A DNA stretch of 12,201 nucleotides from a bacterium (GCA_043800755.1 JAZDMQ010000020.1:1-12201), one strand, 5' to 3'. Counted from the first letter of the stretch, positions 1-6,534 are shown. The notes: generated by a model not told the origin, from the letters alone. Made by a program: numbers and translations.

Positions 1-396
1 GGGATCGGTGAGCAGGACCAGATTCAGGCAATAGGTCTTGGGGCTGAGGGGCCAGAAGGGGGCCATGCCCCAGGTGATCGTCAGATCCAGCAGGAGGTGT
101 CCGAGTCCGCCCAGGGCAGAAAGGCCGAGCAGCGCCGGGAAGTTGTGATAGGGGCTGAAGCGATAGAAGAGATAGGCCACCAGGAGGATCAGGACCGGGA
201 CCACGAAGAGGTTGTGGGTCAGGCTCTGGTGATAGCGGACATAGGCGGAGAAACCCCACAGCAGGCTGAGCCCATCCAGGTCCGGTGCCACCCCGGCCAC
301 CACGGCGGTCCCGATCATCGGCCATTTGTCCCTCTCCTGGCGCACGAAGACTGAGGCCGCCAGTGCCGTAGAGGTGATGTGAGAAAGGGGATCCAC
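1..396 (-). CDS. YdjM-family (LexA-binding, inner-membrane) metal-dependent hydrolase, partial (runs off the left edge)
   Basis: Hand translation from GTG at 396: MDPLSHITST...VAPDLDG...YHQSLTHNLF...GHLLLDLTITWGMAPFWPLS...LTDP. It is open to position 1. The MDxxxH, PDLD, HxxxTH, HLLLD and FWP motifs alternate with hydrophobic segments. A GGGAG SD-like sequence lies upstream, and the start is 25 bp downstream of the enolase gene stop. Confidence 0.88.
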   Translation of the reverse strand, partial: MDPLSHITSTALAASVFVRQERDKWPMIGTAVVAGVAPDLDGLSLLWGFSAYVRYHQSLTHNLFVVPVLILLVAYLFYRFSPYHNFPALLGLSALGGLGHLLLDLTITWGMAPFWPLSPKTYCLNLVLLTDP

Positions 397-421
397 CCTC
401 CGGCTCCCGTCCAACCTTCCC

Positions 422-1546
422 TTAGGGCTTCATGGCGTACTTGGCCATGGCCTTCCGGTTCAGCTCCAGGCCCAGACCTGGCTTCGTGGGCATCTGGACA
501 GCTCCCTTCTCCGCCTTGACCGGCTCCCGGAAGAGCTCGTCCCGGATCGGGCTGTCGTAGGCATCGTATTCGACATAGAGGGCATTGTCCAAGGAACCGA
601 TGACATGGAGATTGGCCACGAAGCCGATCCCCGACACCGAAGAGCAGGCGATGTGGGGGACGCAGGGGATGTTATAGGCCGAGGCCATGGCCGCGATCTT
701 CTTGGTCTCGGCGATGCCGCCCACGGAGACCGCATCCGGCTGGACCACATCGAAGGCCCGTTGATGGAACACCTCCACGAACTCCCACCGGGTGAAGAGG
801 GATTCCCCGCCGGACAGCGGCATATCGGTTGACTCGTTGAGCCGGGCATGCTCCTCGATATACTGGGTGAGGCTGTGGGTCTCAATGGGCTCCTCCAGCC
901 ACTTGACCCCCAGCTCCAAGAACTCCTCGGCCATGGTCACGGCGGTGCGGTAGTCATAGGACATGTTGGCATCCACCATCAGGGCGACCTCTTCCCCCAC
1001 CGCCTTGCGGACCGATCGCACGATCTTCCGATCCTCCTCCAGACCCAGGCCCACCCGCAGCTTGATCGCCTGGAAGCCCGCCTTGACTGCCCCTTCACAT
1101 TCCTTGGCAATCACTTTGGCCGGCTTGAGGCAGGGGGCCCAGTAGGCAGGGATGCTCTTCTGAAAACCTCCTAAGAGGCGCCAGATCGGAAGCCCTGCCA
1201 CCTTGCCCAGGATGTCCCAGAGGGCGATCTCGATGCCGGAGACGGCATAGGTCTGGAAGCCCCGGCGGCCCCAGCCGTGGGTGGCGCGGTGCATCTTGGT
1301 GAAGAGCTGCTCGATCAGGAGCGGATCCTCGCCCACTATTAGGGGCTTGAGGGTCTCGGTGATGATGGGGCCCACGCTGGGCCAGTACATGGAGGTGAAT
1401 CCCGCCTCCCCGAGACCAATGATCCCCTGATCGGTCTTGACCTCCACGATGATGCAGCCGATGGTAGGGGAGGCCATGGCCCCCCACCACCGGGACTCCG
1501 TCAATTTCATGCTGACCGGCGTTGCCACCACATCGGTGATCTTCAT
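422..1546 (-). CDS. Mandelate racemase/muconate lactonizing enzyme family protein (enolase superfamily, MR subgroup), 374 aa
   Basis: Motifs: GLGE, SGIEIALWDILGK, LLGG, KLR, metal ligands DAN/EEP/GGES, DVVQPD-x4-GGI and PH. The start is moved from 1684 to ATG 1546 (MKITDV) because an AGGAGAGGAG SD lies at 1551-1560 and a promoter lies inside the longer ORF. Confidence 0.95.
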   Translation of the reverse strand: MKITDVVATPVSMKLTESRWWGAMASPTIGCIIVEVKTDQGIIGLGEAGFTSMYWPSVGPIITETLKPLIVGEDPLLIEQLFTKMHRATHGWGRRGFQTYAVSGIEIALWDILGKVAGLPIWRLLGGFQKSIPAYWAPCLKPAKVIAKECEGAVKAGFQAIKLRVGLGLEEDRKIVRSVRKAVGEEVALMVDANMSYDYRTAVTMAEEFLELGVKWLEEPIETHSLTQYIEEHARLNESTDMPLSGGESLFTRWEFVEVFHQRAFDVVQPDAVSVGGIAETKKIAAMASAYNIPCVPHIACSSVSGIGFVANLHVIGSLDNALYVEYDAYDSPIRDELFREPVKAEKGAVQMPTKPGLGLELNRKAMAKYAMKP

Positions 1547-1655
1547 GCTGCTCCTCTCCTTGAAAATGCAGAGCGAACGCAGTCCTTGCCGTAGGGCTGC
1601 GGGAAGCTCCAATGGTTTTTCAGGTATTCCTCCTCCCAGACGAAAGACGGGCCGA

Positions 1656-1684
1656 ATTATACCTGCGATCGGGGTGCAATTCAA
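1656..1684 (-). promoter_or_regulatory. Sigma70-type promoter for the enolase/YdjM unit
   Basis: Minus strand TTGAAT (1684-1679), 17-nt spacer, TATAAT (1661-1656). Confidence 0.7.
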
Positions 1685-1709
1685 CCCCTGAAGGGGGAAT
1701 AATTTGCGA

Positions 1710-1738
1710 TTGAACGAGTTGGTCTCTTGTGCTATGAA
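1710..1738 (+). promoter_or_regulatory. Possible sigma70-type promoter for the cupin/SIMPL/CMD genes
   Basis: TTGAAC (1710-1715), 17-nt spacer, TATGAA (1733-1738) preceded by TGn (extended -10). It is back-to-back with the minus-strand promoter. Confidence 0.4.
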
Positions 1739-1798
1739 GGGATCGGTGGAGGAGTCCGTAAACAGGCGAACATGATTCTATCCTGAAAGGGAGCAGGA

Positions 1799-2188
1799 AT
1801 GGGCATCGTCTTCAGTGATCAGGTGGAGCCGTACGAATACGACAAAGGCATCCGGGTGAAGAAGCTGGCGGTGCCGGAGACCGGCACCCAATTCATCAGC
1901 GTGGGAGTTGCGACCTTCGATCCCGGGGCCTCTCTGCCCTGCCATATCCATGGCTGCGAGGAGTCCATCACCATCATCGAGGGGGAGGCCTGGGTGGAGT
2001 TCGGCGGCCAGCGGTTGCGGCTCAAGCCCTACGACACCTCCCATGTGCCCGCCGGCACCCCCCATCGGTTCCTCAATGCCTCGCAGACCAAAAAGATGTC
2101 CATCCTCTGGGTCTACGCCTCTACCGACATGGGCCGCACCCTGGTGGAGCCGAGGGAGTGTGCTGGTCGTGGTGTGGCAGGAGATTGA
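1799..2188 (+). CDS. Cupin domain protein (Cupin_2-like), 129 aa
   Basis: Cupin motif 1 PGASLPCHIHGCEESITIIEG and motif 2 VPAGTPHRFLN (3His-1Glu site). AGGGAG SD upstream. Confidence 0.92.
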   Translation: MGIVFSDQVEPYEYDKGIRVKKLAVPETGTQFISVGVATFDPGASLPCHIHGCEESITIIEGEAWVEFGGQRLRLKPYDTSHVPAGTPHRFLNASQTKKMSILWVYASTDMGRTLVEPRECAGRGVAGD

Positions 2189-2253
2189 AAAGTGATCGCG
2201 GGCCCTGATTGTGGGGTCAGGCAGACAATTGGAATTGACCAGTGGAGGAAAAC

Positions 2254-2973
2254 ATGGAAAACAAGGACATCCGTGCAGCATTCATACTGGGAGCCTTTAT
2301 CTGTATCGGTCTGGCCTTGCTCGGTTATTTCATATCCGGCGGCATCACCCGGATCAAAGCCTTGGACCGGACCATCGCGGTCAAGGGGCTGTCCGAGCGC
2401 GAGGTGCCAGCCAATATGGCCATTTGGCCGATCAAATTCAGCGAAGCGGATAACGACTTGAACAGCCTGTTTTCCACGATCCAAAGGAAAAACACCCTCA
2501 TCGTAGAATTTCTCAAGAAGCACGGTTTCGAGAAAAAGGAGATCTTCACCTCCGCCCCGGCGATCCGGGATCGGCAGGCCCAGGACTATGGGGAATCCGA
2601 CAAGGGCAAGTACCGATATACCGGCAGCTCCGCGATCAGCGTTTATACCGGCAAGGTGGATGCGGTCAGGGATACGATGCAGAAGCTGGTGGAGCTGGGC
2701 AAGCTGGGAATTGCCATTTCCGGGGAGAACTACGAGGCGAAGACCAACTTTTTATTCACCAAGCTGAATGACATCAAACCCCAGATGATCGAGGAGGCGA
2801 CCAAGAACGCGAGGGAGGTGGCGGAGAAGTTCGCCCAGGATTCCAAAAGCAAGCTCGGAAAGATCAAGAGCGCATCCCAGGGGCAGTTTACCATTGAGGA
2901 CCGGGATAGCAACACCCCCTACATCAAGAAGGTCCGGGTGGTTTCCACGGTGGAATACTATTTGTCGGATTGA
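2254..2973 (+). CDS. SIMPL domain (DUF541) periplasmic/membrane-anchored protein
   Basis: N-terminal hydrophobic helix, RTIAVKGLSEREVPAN, KPQMIEEATKNAREVAEKFAQDS, LGKIKSASQGQFTI and KKVRVVSTVEY. ATG 2254 is preferred over GTG 2242 because GGAGG lies at 2244-2248. Confidence 0.92.
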   Translation: MENKDIRAAFILGAFICIGLALLGYFISGGITRIKALDRTIAVKGLSEREVPANMAIWPIKFSEADNDLNSLFSTIQRKNTLIVEFLKKHGFEKKEIFTSAPAIRDRQAQDYGESDKGKYRYTGSSAISVYTGKVDAVRDTMQKLVELGKLGIAISGENYEAKTNFLFTKLNDIKPQMIEEATKNAREVAEKFAQDSKSKLGKIKSASQGQFTIEDRDSNTPYIKKVRVVSTVEYYLSD

Positions 2974-3050
2974 ACTTCCGATGACCGATCGGGGGTTCTT
3001 GGTCAAGGCGGCCTTGTTCTTGCGGGGTTGGACCCCAGGAGCTCGAATAG

Positions 3051-3605
3051 ATGCCCCGTATTCCGTACCAAGCCGACGACGAGCTCGGACCTGAAGAGAT
3101 CGTGGCGCGCATCCGCGCGCGTCGCGGCGGAAGACTCCTGAACCTGGATCGCGTGCTCCTTCACAGCCCGGCGTATGCCAGGGGCTGGAACGGCTTCTTG
3201 GGCGCGGTGAGGAATGAACTGAGCCTTCCGCCCCACTTGAGGGAGCTCGCGATTTGCGGCGTAGCGGTCTTGAATGGCGCCGAGTACGAGTTTCGTCATC
3301 ATCTGCCGGAGTTCATCAAGGCGGGTGGAACAGAGGCGCAGGCGGAAGCGCTGCGAGGCTTCGCCGGGGCAGACGGCGACGCAGGCCTATTTAATGCGGC
3401 CGAGCGGGCGGTGATTCGACTCACCCTGGAGATGACGCGCGATGTCCAGGTATCCGATTCGACCTTTGCTGCGGTGAAGGCCGCTTTGGCTGATGCCCAG
3501 CAGGTGGTGGAGCTGGTGGGTGTGATCGCCGCCTACAACATGGTGTCACGGTTTCTCGTCGCCCTGGGCGTGACACCGGAACAAGACCTCCGGGATAACG
3601 GTTAG
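3051..3605 (+). CDS. Carboxymuconolactone decarboxylase/AhpD-like family protein, 184 aa
   Basis: LNLDRVLLHSP, LRELAICGVAVLNGAEYEFRHH and VELVGVIAAYNMVSRFL are typical of the CMD-fold family. AGGAG SD upstream. Confidence 0.9.
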   Translation: MPRIPYQADDELGPEEIVARIRARRGGRLLNLDRVLLHSPAYARGWNGFLGAVRNELSLPPHLRELAICGVAVLNGAEYEFRHHLPEFIKAGGTEAQAEALRGFAGADGDAGLFNAAERAVIRLTLEMTRDVQVSDSTFAAVKAALADAQQVVELVGVIAAYNMVSRFLVALGVTPEQDLRDNG

Positions 3606-3716
3606 CAGGGACCGCATCATGGCCGAAGGGGACAAGGTCTCAGGCCTTATCGAGACCTCTGCCGCCCTTTTCCCCGCGTTTTTCACTTCCCAAGACCCGC
3701 CCGCCCATCGCCTAAA

Positions 3717-3799
3717 GGGTGAAAGGGGGACGTTAGGGTGGAAGAGTGGGTGGAAAAGGGGGACGTTGATGCAGGGTGGAAAAGGGGGACGTTGATGCA
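3717..3799 (+). repeat. G-rich tandem direct repeat: two perfect 26-nt copies plus degenerate partial copies
   Basis: GGGTGGAAAAGGGGGACGTTGATGCA at 3748-3773 and 3774-3799. Degenerate GGGTGAAAGGGGGACGTT at 3717-3734 and GGGTGGAA at 3736-3743. Confidence 0.9.
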
Positions 3800-3924
3800 G
3801 AAGTTGCTTCACACTTGAACAAATCAGCTATTGGAGAAGATACTTGCAGGAGGAAGGCAGAGACCTGGAAACGAGATCAGAAGGTAGCTCTCTGACCGGA
3901 CGGCTTTGTGGCTTCGTCGCAATA

Positions 3925-3951
3925 GCAGGACAGGGGGCCCCCCTGTCCTGC
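3925..3951 (-). terminator. 27-bp palindrome, probable terminator hairpin of the 417-aa gene (possibly bidirectional)
   Basis: GCAGGACAGGGGG-C-CCCCCTGTCCTGC has 13-bp perfect arms and lies 20 bp past the stop at 3972. The U-tract is weak (TATTG on the minus strand). Confidence 0.55.
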
Positions 3952-3971
3952 GAGAAGGACAATGGGAATTG

Positions 3972-5225
3972 TCAGTGCAAGTTCCTTGCGTACACTACTC
4001 CAATGCCAGCTTTTGTTAATGCCTCTGCTGTCCGGTTGACGGCATCGTGCTTGTCAAGGTAGTTGAGCTCCAAAGCCTCCATGAGCCCCTGCCTCAAGAC
4101 TTCTTCCTTGGGCAAAAAGTAGTCCAAGATATCCGAAGGATGCTCGCGCTGGGCTTCGATTTCCGGATCCCCGCCTTCATGTTTGGCAGCGATGTTGGGG
4201 ACCTCCTTAGCGATCTCCACTAGCTCGGTTCGCTTGTTGTAGGGTTGGATTACAATAGACTTGTACGCCTCCGTGATGTGGTGCTCGAACCGGACCGTAT
4301 CCTCTAATCCGAGGGCTTTTCTGAGATAGGCAGACTGGCGAATGGTCTCGTTGTTCACCGAGTTGGAGATGTTAAGCCCAATGAGGGAGGTAGTGCCATC
4401 CTCTCGGCTGAACAATCGGGCAGTCATGAGGGTCCAGAGAATGGCGAAGGGGTTGTCGTTTCCCATGAAGACGGAGATCTTGAATTCGTTGTCCACCCCC
4501 AGCTTATGAAGAAAGTGGCCTAGTAAGACCGTTCCGGGATTGATGTTCAGGACCTGTCGCACGCCGCAGGTGGTGTAATAATGCAGGAACTCGTCGAGCC
4601 ATTTGATCGGATGATCATTGGGTTGGCCAATCCCCCCGAAGTACCCCGTAATGGTGGCTGGTCCCCCCAGGTGCACGTTTGAGCCGTCGGTGCCTTTAGT
4701 GTCAAGAGTTTCGACCCAGGTGGCGCCCATTATTTGCATGGCCGCAGCAATGGCCAGGAGGTCTCCCTGGTCCTTACTCTGCTCCGCCATGTTGCGCACT
4801 CGAATAAAGCGTCCTGGCATCAAATCCTGTCTCTCGATGGCATGCCTGGCTTCAGCGATGAGCCAGGGAAAGTATTGCAGCGCGCTGATCTCCAGAGTAA
4901 CGGCGTTTTTCTGGTTGAATTGCGTCATTCCAGCACCCACCCTTTGTCGATAATCGGCGAAGGGAACAAAGGCTCCCTCATCCCTTTGCTCTGTGAGCCA
5001 TTGCAGGTCGTCAAGATAGGGGGATTTTTCCTCTTTCAACCGTGCAGTGATATTGCCAAGATCGCTGGCTTCTGCTGCTTTGCGGTTGATCTCTTTGGGG
5101 CCGCCATAACGCTCGACGACTTCCAGTATCTGGGTGACGACCGGATTATTACGGTCTGTCAGTAAAGCATTGATCTCGTCCACGCGTTCTTGAGGAATTG
5201 TCAAGAGGTTTTGTGACACAGGCAT
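3972..5225 (-). CDS. Hypothetical soluble enzyme-like protein, 417 aa, family not recognised
   Basis: Long ORF with a globular alpha/beta-type composition and no obvious transmembrane segment. A purine-rich SD (GGAAAGGAAA) favours ATG 5225 over TTG 5231. A hairpin follows the stop. Confidence 0.9.
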   Translation of the reverse strand: MPVSQNLLTIPQERVDEINALLTDRNNPVVTQILEVVERYGGPKEINRKAAEASDLGNITARLKEEKSPYLDDLQWLTEQRDEGAFVPFADYRQRVGAGMTQFNQKNAVTLEISALQYFPWLIAEARHAIERQDLMPGRFIRVRNMAEQSKDQGDLLAIAAAMQIMGATWVETLDTKGTDGSNVHLGGPATITGYFGGIGQPNDHPIKWLDEFLHYYTTCGVRQVLNINPGTVLLGHFLHKLGVDNEFKISVFMGNDNPFAILWTLMTARLFSREDGTTSLIGLNISNSVNNETIRQSAYLRKALGLEDTVRFEHHITEAYKSIVIQPYNKRTELVEIAKEVPNIAAKHEGGDPEIEAQREHPSDILDYFLPKEEVLRQGLMEALELNYLDKHDAVNRTAEALTKAGIGVVYARNLH

Positions 5226-5367
5226 GGTCAATTTCCTTTCCTTTCCCGGATGTACCCTGTGCTGCGGATCGAATCGACGGGTGCTCTCCTCCGCTGTTCA
5301 GTTGATTTGCTGCTGATATCGCTCGGCAGATCCATCCTCCCATGGCTCTCGACCAGCGGGGTCTGCT

Positions 5368-5856
5368 TCATACTCGAGGGCGGCTTGTCCCCTTCTCCTT
5401 TTCCTCGATCGGATATCCGTTGTCGCTTTTTATCTCGGAGAAGACGATGAAGGTTTCGGTTTGGCTGACGCCGGGGAGGGAAGCAATCTGTTCCTTGACC
5501 AGGTTCCCGAGATCATTGACGTCCTTGGCCACCACCAACAGAATGTAGTCAAAACGACCGCTGACATGGTAGCACACCCGGACATGGGGAATCCGGTGAA
5601 CCCCCTCTTCGAAGGACCGGATCGTCTTGGTTCTGTGTGCGACCAGCGAGACGGAGACCAGGGCCTGAACGCCATAGCCCAGCTTTTCCGGGTTCAGGAT
5701 CGCCCTGAACCCCTTGAAATAGCCTCGACCCTCCAAACGTCTTATCCGCTCCAGCATGGAGGAAGGGGCCACGCCCAATTCCCTCGCCAAGTCAACATTT
5801 CTACGCCTGGCGTCCGCCTGCAATAGAGCTAATATCTTTCGATTTATATCGTCCAT
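5368..5856 (-). CDS. Lrp/AsnC family transcriptional regulator, 162 aa
   Basis: N-terminal HTH MDDINRKILALLQADAR...LARELGVAPS...RIRRLE..G, the linker LNPEKLG, and a RAM domain with CYHVSGRFDYIL and LPGVSQTET. Confidence 0.95.
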   Translation of the reverse strand: MDDINRKILALLQADARRRNVDLARELGVAPSSMLERIRRLEGRGYFKGFRAILNPEKLGYGVQALVSVSLVAHRTKTIRSFEEGVHRIPHVRVCYHVSGRFDYILLVVAKDVNDLGNLVKEQIASLPGVSQTETFIVFSEIKSDNGYPIEEKEKGTSRPRV

Positions 5857-5860
5857 GGTC

Positions 5861-5943
5861 GAATAATATTCAATCTCCTAGGAGAAAGGTAAGCACAATA
5901 TTCAGCATTTATACTTATTAGTAGAATAATAGGCGCTTGTCAA
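5861..5943. promoter_or_regulatory. AT-rich divergent control region with three phased Lrp-like boxes and a minus-strand -35 hexamer
   Basis: GAATAATATTC (5861-5871, palindromic), GCACAATATTC (5893-5903) and GAATAATAGGC (5924-5934). TTGACA on the minus strand at 5943-5938, with only a weak -10 (TAATAA) at 17 nt. Confidence 0.5.
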
Positions 5944-5967
5944 GCTTTTTTCGGGGGTGTCTCCGAG

Positions 5968-6225
5968 ATGACGGCGGATCGTGTGACAAGCATCAAAGCC
6001 ACAGAGGCCCGGGCAAAGCTCTATCAGTTGCTCGATCGGGCGGCGGAATCCCATGAACCGATTCAGATCACAGGGAAGAGGGCCAACGCCCTGTTGATCT
6101 CGGAAGAGGACTGGCGAGCCATCCAGGAGACTCTGTATCTTCTTTCCATTCCGGGTATGCGCGAATCGATCCGCAAGGGACTCAAGACCCCGGTGGAAAA
6201 GTGCAGCGAGAAGCCCGGATGGTAA
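5968..6225 (+). CDS. yefM: Type II antitoxin, Phd/YefM family
   Basis: ATEARAKLYQLLD...HEPIQITGKR.NALLISEEDWRAIQETLYLLSIPGMRESIRKG is typical of YefM. Its 3' end overlaps the toxin start. GTG 5983 is an alternative start. Confidence 0.93.
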   Translation: MTADRVTSIKATEARAKLYQLLDRAAESHEPIQITGKRANALLISEEDWRAIQETLYLLSIPGMRESIRKGLKTPVEKCSEKPGW

Positions 6226-6484
6226 AGTGGAAAATCGTCTATACCCGAGAAGCCCAAAGGGACGCTCGCAAACTAGCCGCTTCAGGGCACAAGGAAAAGG
6301 CCGAAACACCGCTGGGTACCCCTTCTGAGGATCCCTTCAAGGGCCCCCCTCCGTATGAGAAACTCATTGGAGATCTCTCGGGCGCTTATCCCGCCGCATA
6401 AATATTCAACACCGCCTCGTTTATCAAGTCCTTGAAGATATTAAGACCGTAAAGGTCATCCGGATGTGAACCCATTATGAGTAA
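6219..6484 (+). pseudogene. yoeB: Txe/YoeB family toxin pseudogene (frameshift plus nonsense codon)
   Basis: MVKWKIVYTREAQRDARKL...PPPYEKLIGDLSGAY, then a 1-nt deletion near 6390. The shifted frame reads RRINIQHRLVYQVLEDIKTVKVIRM*THYE*, with TGA at 6467-6469 where Trp is expected and the ancestral TAA at 6482-6484. Confidence 0.9.
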
Positions 6485-6534
6485 TTACGTAGGGGAGGAG
6501 GGACGTCATCTCGGCGACGGGATGGAAGGAGAAG

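Noticed and set aside
97..354. 85-aa plus-strand ORF
   Set aside because: It is the antisense shadow of the YdjM-family gene.
1547..1684. 46-aa N-terminal extension of the enolase ORF (TTG 1684)
   Set aside because: That TTG is part of the -35 hexamer of a near-consensus promoter. A strong SD precedes ATG 1546, where family similarity begins.
3717..3799. CRISPR array
   Set aside because: The 26-nt copies are directly adjacent with no spacers, and there are no cas genes in the window.
3808..4062. Plus-strand open frame (FTLEQISYWRRYLQEEG...; ORF 3844-4062) as a gene or gene remnant
   Set aside because: No recognisable similarity and no good start. It runs through the palindrome and antisense into the 417-aa gene.
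5232..5367. Amino-acid riboswitch or the 64-aa ORF (5149-5343) in the leader of the 417-aa gene
   Set aside because: GGAGAG is present, but I could not see the other conserved glycine, lysine or SAM riboswitch elements. The ORF overlaps the real gene and looks non-coding. An Infernal scan would settle it.
6387..6469. Programmed frameshift or selenocysteine readthrough rescuing the toxin
   Set aside because: There is no X XXY YYZ slippery heptamer at the shift, the TGA replaces an expected Trp rather than Cys, and two separate recoding events would be needed.
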